Shown piece by piece: positions 9,207 to 18,913 of a DNA stretch of 33,192 bases. Source of the stretch: a virus (Duplodnaviria > Caudoviricetes); IMG/VR virus record IMGVR_UViG_3300010376_000967, positions 1-33,192 of that record, one strand, 5' to 3'. Under the pieces are notes generated by a model that made no database searches, had not been told where the DNA came from, and saw only the letters and a list, made by a program, of their open reading frames with translations. Numbering within the stretch: position 1 is the first letter of the stretch; each line of letters opens with the position of its first letter. A program made the translations under genes and the position numbers.

Positions 9207-12200
9207 AGTTCTAACGGGAGGTTTCCACCTCCTCCGCCATTACCCATAGGAGGAGCACTGGGAGATGCATCCTGTTCGGAAGAAGAATCAGGGTTCTTAC
9301 CTTCAGTTACATCTCCATCAGAACGATTTTCAAGACGACGACGACTTCGTTCGATATCAGCTTTATCTATTGGTGAATGGCGTCTTTCAGAAGGAGTATA
9401 GCCTTTAGTTCTAGTATATGGACGAGTATCAGGTACTCTTTCTCTAGCCTCTGGGTGACGAACATCAGGAGTATTCCCTGCATCACGATCAGCTTTTGCT
9501 TGTGCGGCTGTATCTGAACCAATTCCACCTTTGCTTGCTCTTTTGATTTCTTGTCCATCTACAGTTGTAGGATCCTTATTCCAGCCTTTTTTGAATTCAC
9601 GGGGGTCTTCCTGCCCCCAAGGCTCCTGATTCATTTTCTTAAGGTCTTCTTTAGACTTTCCCCTAAAATCACTCACAGCAACATCGAACTTATCTGGACG
9701 AGCATGAGGCTTATAGAAAGCACTCCCTTTATCATGTACAATCGCTTTAACATTTCGTAAAGTATACGTTTTTCCATCTTCAGGACTTCTATAAGTAATT
9801 TCATTAATCGTGAATTTTTGTTCATAGTTATCTGGATGTGAAGCAATAGTCACATATTCAGAATTTCCATGTCTAACATCATCAAGAGTATAGGCTCTTT
9901 GATACGTCTTTTCATAGTCCTTTTGACTGATAGGAGGCTCCCCCTTACTACTACGAACTGCGTTAACCTCTCCACGTGTAGGTATATGAGGTAATCGGTG
10001 TGAAGTTTCTATACCACCCTCTACCGGCCCACCTTCACCGGGTGCATAAGGAGTCAATCGTCCTGTAAAGGTTTCACCCTCCTTAACATCCTTAATATGT
10101 TTTTCCTCTGGATCATAACCTTTAGCAGTTTCAATAGGCTTAGATTCGTATTTAGCTACCTGTGTCATCCCCTCCAAGCTTCTATCCCCGGCTGCACGTT
10201 GTTGTTCCAATGCTTTTTGCTGCTGAACTAAGAAATTACCAGCACTTCCAGGTTTTATATCACCTGAAGGATCTTCAGAGCCTCGTGTATAACCTATCGG
10301 TTGTTCCAATGATCTCCCTGTTCGTGGATCAAATTTCCAATCTGGTTTAATATCACGTGGATCTCGATAGTAAGGAACAACATCAGTTTCTGGTTTCTTG
10401 ACCTTACCTACATCGTTTAATTCATCTTGGATTTCTCCAGGAGCAGGCAATCCGGTTCCAGGACCATAATCTCGTGGCGGATGTGCATCTTTCCATTCAG
10501 GAATTCCTGGACCTGCATCTCTCAAAGCTCGTTCTTTTCTTATTTGCCATTCTAAATCTGAATCTGGTTCAACTTTTTCTAAAGCCTTCTGTAGTTCTCT
10601 AGGATCCGGGTCCGGAAGCTTTTCTCCTGTTCTCGTATTATAGAGCACAGGGGTAGCATCACTCTTTGTACCCAAATCAGCTTGAGCAAGATGCAATCTA
10701 CCAGTTTCATCAGGATCAGTAAGTTGTCTATCATTCTTAAGATCTTCTATAACCTCATTTTTCTTAAATTCTTTTAATAAGAACTTACTAGCATCTCCCG
10801 GTTTAAGATCAGGATCTTCTGGTTTAGCCTGAGGTTCATCAGGATCAGGCTTTGCAGGAGCTTGTTTATTAGGATCATAAAGCTTCAGCTTGCTAGTTCG
10901 GTCTTTTTGAATATGGACTGGATCATTTGGCAAAAATCCAGATCTTAATCCATATTTCCTATTATTCCCACGATTTAACCATCTAAGAAAATCTGTGTCC
11001 GGAGTATCAACCGCATCTCCTTGTTGATGTCGAGAACGACCGGGAGGTGCTACCCTGCTGCGATCATGATGGTATCTTTCCCAATAAATACTTTGAGTAG
11101 GAATATCACGAGTCATCTCACCTACGCGCGCCTTCTTGCCTGTTTCTTTTTCATATGCTTCAATGGCTGTACGTAAACGAGCTGCAAACTCAGGATCAGT
11201 TGAAGGTACCCCCTGGAGTTTTGAACCAGGAGGAACGTTTTGTAGTCGGACACCTCTTGATGGGTCTGTAACAGTATCATGGGCACCACGTGAAGCAAGA
11301 AAGTCTAAATCCGATGAACTAGCCCCTTGTGATGGCCTAGAAGGAACGTTAACAAGAGAATCAGGTAAATCTCTATCCAAACCTTTTGGATCCTTAAATG
11401 TTTTATCACCAAAGGGATCTAACCTTAATCTCCTAGTGAGAGACTCTGTTGGTCCCCTGGTTGTTGGATCTCTTAATGATGGCAAGGGTTGATTAGAAGG
11501 CCGTACCAATGGCTGTCGAGTAGGTTGAAGTGGTGAAACGGTAGGTCTATCTTCCCTCCATTTTGTTGGCCCCGGGATTTGTGGTGTTGCAGGAACAGCC
11601 CGTCCGCTTCGTGCTTGCTGCTGTAATTTATCAGCCATTGCTCGCTGTGCAGGATTTTGATATCCATAGTATTCCATTAATCTACCGGTAGCTGGATCCC
11701 TAACTCTAATTCTACCGGCTGGCTTGACCATGATCTTGCCAGATTTAGTTGCTGAGCCTTGGTCAGTACGTCCTCCTAATTCGTTTCTACCTCCTCCAAC
11801 ATCTTGAACAGCCGCATCTACATCCTTATACGCATAATCACCTACTAACCCTGAAGCAGTAGGAAGAGCTCCCTTATGTGCGGCCTTATAATCATTAATC
11901 GGAGCATAGAACCCATTAGTCAGATATTTTCGAACAGATGCATTTTTCCCTAGAGCTCTATCAGTAACAACTCTATTAACCAATGATTCAACAACATTTG
12001 TACGATCGTATCTACCCTCTGTTTCATGAGCAACGACATAAGCCATCATTGCTCTAACTTGAGGATCATTAAATTCCTTCATTACTTCACGACGCTGTTC
12101 AGCAAGTACTGAGTTTGTAATTGGTCCACGAGCAGGAGAAGGTGCGGGAGGAGCAGGGGCAGGAGCAACAGCAGGAGCAGGAACAGCAGGTCTAGGAGTA

Positions 12201-14410
12201 GGAGTAGGTGCAGCAGGACGAGTATTTACCGGAGCATTAGAAGGTCGCGGAGTAGGAATAGGTTGAGTTGGATGCGGAGCATTAGAAGGTGCAGGCCGCG
12301 GATGCGGAATAGGTGCTGGTTGAGATGGATGAGGTGCATTAGATGGAGCTGGAGCTGGAGCAGTCCTTGCTCGAGGCACAGGAACTTGTCTAGTAGGAGG
12401 AGCTGGAGTAGTAGGCGCAGGAGCAGGGCGCTGAGGAGCAGGAGTAGGAGTAGGAGTAGGTGCTGGAGTTGGAGCAGCTCTTGTCGGTGGTGTAGGTGCT
12501 GGAGTTGGAGTTGGAGCAGGCGGTGGCGTAGGAGCCTGTGTTCCTGACCTCTGGTTAGTTCGTGCTGGTTCTGCTCCCCTTGGCAATGCCCTTCTTCTGT
12601 CCCAACCGTGGGTTTTCATTGGGTCTAGAAGTTGACTACCCCGTGATCCAGGAGGCCCACGCCATAGTTCATAATGGAGATGAGGGACACCGTTAGCAAC
12701 TCCACTTGTTCCTATTTGCTGACCACCTCTAACTTTATCGCCCACCTTACCGAATCGTTTCCCCATATGTAAGAAACGTGAATAAGTACCATCAGCATTC
12801 CTAATAGTAACTGTCGGTTGTCCAAAGTTATCTGTTCCAAATCTAACAATTTCTCCGTCCATTGTAGCGTAGACAGGGCTCCCCCTTGGAGCCATTAGAT
12901 CTACGCCTTGATGTCGGCCTGCCCCCATACTGGCGCTAGAACCACCGACACCACCTCCTATCGAGGTAGCTGAAATAGGATCATATCGAGTACCAGGAGG
13001 ACCTTGAGGATATGTAGAAGGCAGAGGCCCTGCTGACTCTGGCCCTGCACCCCTACGAGATGGGAATCGGGTTGTTTGTCCTCTATCTCCTGGACGATTA
13101 GATCCTGGGTGTCGATGCCATCGAATACCGCCACTAGGAGTTACCTCTGGAACCGGGGCTCCCTTTTCTTTAGGCTTATAATCAATCCCTAGTTGATCTA
13201 GAAGTTCTCTAGCTTCCTTGTTAATGTCTTCAAATTTTTCCATAAGCTTTTTGAGCCAAGTCTTCATATCTTCCATCAATTTATATGGTTTATCAGAACT
13301 TAACCACTTCGTAAATGCTTCTAGATAAAAGATAATCGTATCAATAGTTTTTTGTCCTAATGGAGATTTCAACACCTCTTCTATGAATTTGACTACAGCC
13401 TTGCTGAGTTTTTCCACAGCATCCAAAAAACCTGTTTTAGGATCAGCCAGTCTTTCTGCAATAGCATTGACGATATTCACACCAGCTTCTTGAACCCAAA
13501 TAGTGAAATCTTTCCACCATTTAACCGCAGCTTCTGTTATCCCTAGTATAGACTTTTGTCGAAAAAATAGCTCTCGTTTTTCCATAATCTCTTTTGTTTC
13601 CATCTTCGTCAAGGCAATTAACATTTCTGGATCGAATATTTCTAATAATCCAGCCTCTTTAGCTGCCAGTAATTCTCCACCTTTAGGACGAGTCAACATA
13701 AATTCTCGTGCTGCCATTATCGCTTCCATAACGATATCAGCAGTATCTTTAGTCACTTTCACCTTCAGCAATATAAGTGCTCTACGAGCTTTAGACGTAG
13801 CATCGAACCTAGCCCTCGCTGCACCGGCCAAAGCTTCCGCAGTCAATGGCATATCAGCAAATACCGTGCGAAGTGCGCGTACCCCTCCTATAGTAGCTCC
13901 AGTCCCAGCAGCTTGCATCCAATCTTGAAGAACAGCATCTCCAAGATCTACCATCTTATCCCAAAGCCATTTCGCAAATTTTAGTCCCAATCTAATTCCA
14001 GAAAAAATAGTCGTACCTATAAATATTCCCGCAGATATAGTCCAACTCGCTGCTGTGAATACCCATCCAATAGCGGGGACCATCATTCCTAAGCTTCCCA
14101 AAAACGCCGGGATCGCTGTAGCCAAGTATCTTAAAAATGTTGAACCCAAAGTCCCTAACCAAGAAGCTACCCTTTCAACAATTCTGGCTAAGATTTTAGA
14201 CATCCTCTCAAAAAACTTAGCCACTCTTCTCAATTTAATTAAGAATTGGCTCAACTGAACTTGAACATGTTGCTGTGTCTGTTGAGGCCCTGTCTGTTGA
14301 GCAAATTGCTGCGCTCGGGCTTGAAATTTTTGGACGTTCGCCATGAAGGCGTTCAAGCCCTGCGTAAAGTCATTTGGTATCTTTACGTTTAGTTGAGCAT
14401 TGAACGCCAT
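9203..14410 (-). CDS. Tape-measure-like protein 1 with multiple peptidoglycan-hydrolase domains
   Basis: 1735 aa, directly after the tail chaperone. Helical N-terminal ~410 aa with a hydrophobic segment; M23 motifs (HQGVD, HLHYE); Pro/Ala/Thr linker; M15-like SRHQQGDAVD...HIQ; 3D-like HDKGSAF...KFDVA. Confidence 0.8.
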   Translation of the reverse strand: MAFNAQLNVKIPNDFTQGLNAFMANVQKFQARAQQFAQQTGPQQTQQHVQVQLSQFLIKLRRVAKFFERMSKILARIVERVASWLGTLGSTFLRYLATAIPAFLGSLGMMVPAIGWVFTAASWTISAGIFIGTTIFSGIRLGLKFAKWLWDKMVDLGDAVLQDWMQAAGTGATIGGVRALRTVFADMPLTAEALAGAARARFDATSKARRALILLKVKVTKDTADIVMEAIMAAREFMLTRPKGGELLAAKEAGLLEIFDPEMLIALTKMETKEIMEKRELFFRQKSILGITEAAVKWWKDFTIWVQEAGVNIVNAIAERLADPKTGFLDAVEKLSKAVVKFIEEVLKSPLGQKTIDTIIFYLEAFTKWLSSDKPYKLMEDMKTWLKKLMEKFEDINKEARELLDQLGIDYKPKEKGAPVPEVTPSGGIRWHRHPGSNRPGDRGQTTRFPSRRGAGPESAGPLPSTYPQGPPGTRYDPISATSIGGGVGGSSASMGAGRHQGVDLMAPRGSPVYATMDGEIVRFGTDNFGQPTVTIRNADGTYSRFLHMGKRFGKVGDKVRGGQQIGTSGVANGVPHLHYELWRGPPGSRGSQLLDPMKTHGWDRRRALPRGAEPARTNQRSGTQAPTPPPAPTPTPAPTPPTRAAPTPAPTPTPTPAPQRPAPAPTTPAPPTRQVPVPRARTAPAPAPSNAPHPSQPAPIPHPRPAPSNAPHPTQPIPTPRPSNAPVNTRPAAPTPTPRPAVPAPAVAPAPAPPAPSPARGPITNSVLAEQRREVMKEFNDPQVRAMMAYVVAHETEGRYDRTNVVESLVNRVVTDRALGKNASVRKYLTNGFYAPINDYKAAHKGALPTASGLVGDYAYKDVDAAVQDVGGGRNELGGRTDQGSATKSGKIMVKPAGRIRVRDPATGRLMEYYGYQNPAQRAMADKLQQQARSGRAVPATPQIPGPTKWREDRPTVSPLQPTRQPLVRPSNQPLPSLRDPTTRGPTESLTRRLRLDPFGDKTFKDPKGLDRDLPDSLVNVPSRPSQGASSSDLDFLASRGAHDTVTDPSRGVRLQNVPPGSKLQGVPSTDPEFAARLRTAIEAYEKETGKKARVGEMTRDIPTQSIYWERYHHDRSRVAPPGRSRHQQGDAVDTPDTDFLRWLNRGNNRKYGLRSGFLPNDPVHIQKDRTSKLKLYDPNKQAPAKPDPDEPQAKPEDPDLKPGDASKFLLKEFKKNEVIEDLKNDRQLTDPDETGRLHLAQADLGTKSDATPVLYNTRTGEKLPDPDPRELQKALEKVEPDSDLEWQIRKERALRDAGPGIPEWKDAHPPRDYGPGTGLPAPGEIQDELNDVGKVKKPETDVVPYYRDPRDIKPDWKFDPRTGRSLEQPIGYTRGSEDPSGDIKPGSAGNFLVQQQKALEQQRAAGDRSLEGMTQVAKYESKPIETAKGYDPEEKHIKDVKEGETFTGRLTPYAPGEGGPVEGGIETSHRLPHIPTRGEVNAVRSSKGEPPISQKDYEKTYQRAYTLDDVRHGNSEYVTIASHPDNYEQKFTINEITYRSPEDGKTYTLRNVKAIVHDKGSAFYKPHARPDKFDVAVSDFRGKSKEDLKKMNQEPWGQEDPREFKKGWNKDPTTVDGQEIKRASKGGIGSDTAAQAKADRDAGNTPDVRHPEARERVPDTRPYTRTKGYTPSERRHSPIDKADIERSRRRLENRSDGDVTEGKNPDSSSEQDASPSAPPMGNGGGGGNLPLEL
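12130..12545 (-). repeat. Pro/Ala/Thr-rich low-complexity linker (PAPTPTPAP, PSNAP x3)
   Basis: Degenerate ggagtaggagca / ggtgctggagttggagc repeats visible in the DNA and the translation. Confidence 0.85.
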
Positions 14411-14411
14411 T

Positions 14412-14560
14412 CTAGGCTTTCCACAAGGCTATCATGTAGCGTTGTTGCCACTGGAGGCGGGTGGAGTGTGGCCAAGACAATTCAAATTGGTCGAAGAATT
14501 CAGTGAATCCTTCGTCCATTAGCCAAGTCAAACAGGAGTGAATTATTGATTCACTACCGT
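14412..14560 (-). CDS. Possible C-terminal extension of the tail assembly chaperone (gpT-like, -1 frame)
   Basis: An open -1 frame (..SIIHSCLTWLMDEGFTEFF...LWKA) fills the gap between chaperone and tape measure; no clear independent RBS and start. Confidence 0.4.
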
Positions 14561-15109
14561 TGCAGTCTCGCCAGTAGTCTCTTCCACTGTCGATGTCGGC
14601 AAGGAACGCATGTATTCCGTAACATTCGACGATGTAGTTCGCGCGTTCCAGAGAGTGCTCAACCCTTCCATTGCCACCGTCATTTCCGCTCTCAGGTGAA
14701 TTGACGAGGCGCATGTAAAATATACGATGCAGTTTTCTACCTCTGATGCATCGTCATCATTTAACACACCACGCTTTCTGGCAACGTCAAAAGGCATAGA
14801 CTCCCAACCACTATCGCCGGGAGCAATCACATTCGTTAGCCGGTGAATTTCACCCATTAACGATTGTTGAGTGCGTTCCCAGACGTTTAGTGTTTTCGCC
14901 TCTTGTTTAAGCAGCAGAGCCGCAACTCGCGGCCCTGTGACTGGTCCTAATCCGTTAGTGTAGACTGCGGTAAAGGCCCTTGATATCACGAGGAAATTGT
15001 CCTCGAATACCTCCCTACCTATTGGTGATGAATGTACGTGGATTGGCCCTTTCTCTGTGTCTACACTCAGAACAAGGTTAAGTTTCCTGTTCAGAGTGAC
15101 TTCTGCCAT
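14543..15109 (-). CDS. Tail assembly chaperone
   Basis: 188 aa between tail tube and tape measure; GAGGT RBS upstream. Confidence 0.6.
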   Translation of the reverse strand: MAEVTLNRKLNLVLSVDTEKGPIHVHSSPIGREVFEDNFLVISRAFTAVYTNGLGPVTGPRVAALLLKQEAKTLNVWERTQQSLMGEIHRLTNVIAPGDSGWESMPFDVARKRGVLNDDDASEVENCIVYFTCASSIHLRAEMTVAMEGLSTLWNARTTSSNVTEYMRSLPTSTVEETTGETATVVNQ

Positions 15110-15133
15110 ACACTACCTCACTTTCTCCTCTAG

Positions 15134-15574
15134 TTAGGTTCCAAAGAACCCTGTGTTGACATTGTAGTAGCCGCGAGCTGTGACCACCATCGCTGCTTCC
15201 ATACCCGCCATCGCCATCTCACGGATGCTTTCCAGCGCCACGTTATTGATAATGAACGGGTTCAGAACATCAGTATCAGGAAAGATACTTACCAGACCCA
15301 CCAGCGTAGTGTCTTCAAACTGGAGTTTGTAGACTGCGGCCAATGTCGCACTACGCACAATCGACATTGTGATCGAACACGCTAGGTAAGGTGCTGGACT
15401 GCTGACCAAGCTCACCATTGCCGGAAGCAAGTCCGTAGCATTCCCTTCCAATGCCATGCGGATTCCCTCTGTAGTGAGGAAATTGCTTGTGACATTTAGT
15501 TCGGGATGATCGTTAAATACTACGGAAGCCCGGAGCCGGTTCAGGACGCCGGGAGGTGTAAACTGAAAGGCCAT
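15134..15574 (-). CDS. Tail tube protein
   Basis: 146 aa, beta-rich, directly after the sheath; GGAGG RBS. Confidence 0.7.
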   Translation of the reverse strand: MAFQFTPPGVLNRLRASVVFNDHPELNVTSNFLTTEGIRMALEGNATDLLPAMVSLVSSPAPYLACSITMSIVRSATLAAVYKLQFEDTTLVGLVSIFPDTDVLNPFIINNVALESIREMAMAGMEAAMVVTARGYYNVNTGFFGT

Positions 15575-15585
15575 GGGCTAACCTC

Positions 15586-17223
15586 CTAGATTGAGACAAG
15601 GTCTGTGGCAACCACATTCACCAGAATGTGGATAAAGCCACGAGCGGGGATGAACAGGGTGCTGAGCCCATCATACTCCCCAATCTTATAGTCTCCCGGG
15701 TTCGCCAACGTGTAGTTGAGGAATGGAACAGCGTTCACGTTGCACTTCCCAGCAAACTGACCGCCATTGATAGCTGCCGTAAGATCAGGCCCATCGAAGC
15801 CAGTCATCTCGATTTTGCCGAGTACCATGCCAAAGGTCTGGGCACTCTGCATAGTATGGAAAAGCACCAGTTCCAGGTAATTGATTCCATCCTGGTTATA
15901 GTATAGCGGGGCCAGCGGGTTATTGCTACCGTTGATGATGGCGTTGCTCAGGTTCAAGTTAACTTCAATCTGGACCCAATCGATTGTGTACCACCAATTG
16001 AAGTAATCGTGCCCATCGAGCGTAACACCCTCATAGAGCATGGTAAAGCTGATCCCACCCTCAGCACCGGTAGAGATGTAGTTGGTGTTTGCAGATTTGA
16101 AGTCTCTAAGGATAGGACCATTGTGCTTCTGTGGATACATGGTCACGCCATAGACAAACTTGAATGCCATTGGCGTGATACGGTTCGTATTTGAAGGACG
16201 ATACGCCAGTGCGTTGTAGAACATCGCCGCAAGCGTAAATTCACCCTCTGGGTCTAGGAAGTTTGGGATATCATATCTTTCAGGGTCGATACCGCTTGCC
16301 GGGACATGGATAAGTGTAGGATCCTGCAATGCAGGAGCCTCGACCATTTGGATCACATCTTTAAAGGACGAGCCTGTGCCCTTAGTTCCACCAGAACCTA
16401 GTTGTCCTGGGAAGAACAGATTCTTGTATGTTGCTTGAGTGTAGATAGGTGCAGAGCCATTTGTATCACCACTAGCAACAGTCAGCCAGAAATATTCCAT
16501 CGTATTCGATGGAGCCTCATACCGTTTCAACATGTTTGTCATTTTTAGCGGAACTGCTGCTGTGCCCAGAATAGCAGGATCACAGCCAAATCGACGAGGC
16601 ATCAAGAACCCATAAATCGTAAGTGGGTTCTCATTCAGCCAATTTTCCATAGATGTGATGTTATTGTCCGGATTATTATCGTAACCAAGCTCAAGCACCC
16701 AGACGCCAACTTCGTTGCCTTGACCAAAGAACGTCGTAGCCATCTGGTTTAACTCAATGGCCGAATGCCATTGGTATGTTCCCATTGCAGTAACAGGAGT
16801 AGGATCAGTTGTAGCTGCAAAGGTTAGAGTGGTAGGGGCTGTCACTGTACAATTCTTTAGACCATTTAGCCCCGGTCCAATAGGAACAAAGTCACTGAAA
16901 ACCAGTTGAATAACATCACCAACCACAGCATTAGGAATAGGACTTCCCAAAGTAACAGTCGCTGTTCCTGCTGCCCATGTTACATTTGTGACTGGCATTG
17001 GATAACGAAGAATTGGTGCTCCTGCCGGATTCTCTAGTGGTGGAATAAACAAGTCAGAAAGTTGCGTCAGCAACTGTGTATCCCCAATAGGGATTGTAGT
17101 AGCACCAAAGGATACCAGCGCGCCAGTACGCTGATAGTTGATAGGGGTCGGAGCCTCAATGATCGAAACGTGGACCGTTACGATAGCATTAGGGTCCGTG
17201 CTAAACTGAGTTTGGACGGCCAT
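15586..17223 (-). CDS. Tail sheath protein (DUF3383-like)
   Basis: 545 aa. N-terminus IVTVHVSI; C-terminus NWWYTIDWVQI...NAIINGSNNPLAPLYYNQDGI...YKIGEYDGL...RGFIHILVNV. Confidence 0.8.
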   Translation of the reverse strand: MAVQTQFSTDPNAIVTVHVSIIEAPTPINYQRTGALVSFGATTIPIGDTQLLTQLSDLFIPPLENPAGAPILRYPMPVTNVTWAAGTATVTLGSPIPNAVVGDVIQLVFSDFVPIGPGLNGLKNCTVTAPTTLTFAATTDPTPVTAMGTYQWHSAIELNQMATTFFGQGNEVGVWVLELGYDNNPDNNITSMENWLNENPLTIYGFLMPRRFGCDPAILGTAAVPLKMTNMLKRYEAPSNTMEYFWLTVASGDTNGSAPIYTQATYKNLFFPGQLGSGGTKGTGSSFKDVIQMVEAPALQDPTLIHVPASGIDPERYDIPNFLDPEGEFTLAAMFYNALAYRPSNTNRITPMAFKFVYGVTMYPQKHNGPILRDFKSANTNYISTGAEGGISFTMLYEGVTLDGHDYFNWWYTIDWVQIEVNLNLSNAIINGSNNPLAPLYYNQDGINYLELVLFHTMQSAQTFGMVLGKIEMTGFDGPDLTAAINGGQFAGKCNVNAVPFLNYTLANPGDYKIGEYDGLSTLFIPARGFIHILVNVVATDLVSI

Positions 17224-17247
17224 GGTTCACGTTCCTTCTGTTAAAAC

Positions 17248-17580
17248 TTAGCGACGACGAGTAGTCGTCGTAGTTCTAGTACGAGTCACCGTGCGTTTGC
17301 GCTTCACCGTCCCACCGTTACCATCATCCTCTTCTACTTCTTCCTCATCTTCCTCAGGCTCTTCTGTAGCCTCCTTAGCCTGAGCTTGCTGTTCATCCCA
17401 TTCAGCAACTTCTAGCAGGTATGCCTCGAAGCTCTGAATCGTTCCAGCTACGAAAGTATGTTTATTCGGCACATCGCCAGCGGCAACAGTAGTCAATACT
17501 GTCACTCCTCCTGGTTTTTGGACCCTTGCTAGTATAGGATAACTAGCTGTGTAGAGAGTTAGATAATTCGTCTGTGGCAT
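17248..17580 (-). CDS. Hypothetical protein with an acidic block and an Arg/Thr-rich basic tail
   Basis: 110 aa; GGAGGT RBS inside the upstream gene; EEPEEDEEEVEEDD followed by KRKRTVTRTRTTTTTRRR. Confidence 0.6.
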   Translation of the reverse strand: MPQTNYLTLYTASYPILARVQKPGGVTVLTTVAAGDVPNKHTFVAGTIQSFEAYLLEVAEWDEQQAQAKEATEEPEEDEEEVEEDDGNGGTVKRKRTVTRTRTTTTTRRR

Positions 17581-18913
17581 GGGGAGTTACCTCCGGTTTA
17601 CCGCATGTGAACCAGTGTGGGTCGTAGAACTGGACCCTGGCATGTAAGATAAACTGTCGAGCAATATTTCTTGCTACAGTTTGCAGATAATTAACATCAA
17701 ACTCTATTACCTTGTGCTGTGAAATTATCTTCATTTCTGTTTGAGTAGATTTCATATCATAAATAGCTGGACTATTGGCCATTCCAATAGTCATCCAATC
17801 TCGAGAGTAGTTTTCTACACAAAGCAGAAAATCGCTAACTTCAGTAGCATCTAATCCATATAAATGAACCCTCACACGGTCCCTACATAGATATGCTGTT
17901 TCCGATTTTGGCCCCATATATGGAGCCATCGCTAAAGTAGTCGTTGATTCCACATGTACAGATCCAAATGGGGGAGGTAAATTATCATCAACAAGATAAG
18001 AAGGATACAGAGGAATAGGACAATTAAAAGTAGGATATGGCGGGACATAACTCGAGAGACTAAGCCAGATAGGTAATGAATTAGATGGAATAACCATAGG
18101 ATTAAAATTAGAAGGATCATCAATAATCTGAGTACCATGAGTGGTACGAACGGCGTTACCCCGATAGTGGTAAAGATCTGCCTGTTCATACAAATAAGCA
18201 CGACTACTGAACGCAAACTGAATATCTCCATAAGTTCCAATATATAGACTATTTGGTCCTATCTGATTAAATTCCTGTACTTCTGAAAGCGATGTAAAGA
18301 GAATATCGTTAGAATCTACGGTAGCATCCTCGCGCTGCAAGCTCTCAGAAGCATAGTGAAATGAACCATGTACATCTACATCAGTTCTCAAGGTGACAGA
18401 AGGTAGAGAAACGTAGACAACGCAAGTAAACTTATGATTATCTGAAGGAGAGCAAACCCAAGCCCCGTTCGGATTATTCTCGGGTATCTCGACGCTATCA
18501 CCGGGTTGTAGGACACCAGTCGTTCCAGTTTCATAAGAATAAGCAGGACCAGTGAAGTCGTAAAAAAGAGGTTCAGCAGTAGAAAGTCCTTGATCGTTGG
18601 CATTAAGAGGATTAGCAATCACGCCCCCTACTACTCGATTTGTGCCCCAGAAACTCCCCGGTGCAACCTGAATTGCTGCACCACCATCATCAGTCATGGT
18701 GGCCATTCCTGTTACAGCCTGAATACCGGGGGTAGTAATCTCGCCAGCTTGAGATGGGACCTTTATCCAGTAAATCATTCCATCTAAAGGGAATACATAA
18801 CGCTGATAAAGATTGAAATGGATATGTTGATCCATCGACAGGGTTTTGACGCCCTGCGCAAGAGCTGCTCCAAGAGGAGGTTTAGAATTGAGAGCTTCAC
18901 CAATAGAAGGCAT
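17543..18913 (-). CDS. Neck / tail-completion protein with an inserted domain
   Basis: 456 aa just upstream of the sheath; YQRYVFPLDGMIYWI, GSFHY, YEQADLYHYRG, SNSLPIWL, LYPSYLVDDNLPPPF. Confidence 0.55.
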   Translation of the reverse strand: MPSIGEALNSKPPLGAALAQGVKTLSMDQHIHFNLYQRYVFPLDGMIYWIKVPSQAGEITTPGIQAVTGMATMTDDGGAAIQVAPGSFWGTNRVVGGVIANPLNANDQGLSTAEPLFYDFTGPAYSYETGTTGVLQPGDSVEIPENNPNGAWVCSPSDNHKFTCVVYVSLPSVTLRTDVDVHGSFHYASESLQREDATVDSNDILFTSLSEVQEFNQIGPNSLYIGTYGDIQFAFSSRAYLYEQADLYHYRGNAVRTTHGTQIIDDPSNFNPMVIPSNSLPIWLSLSSYVPPYPTFNCPIPLYPSYLVDDNLPPPFGSVHVESTTTLAMAPYMGPKSETAYLCRDRVRVHLYGLDATEVSDFLLCVENYSRDWMTIGMANSPAIYDMKSTQTEMKIISQHKVIEFDVNYLQTVARNIARQFILHARVQFYDPHWFTCGKPEVTPHATDELSNSLHS

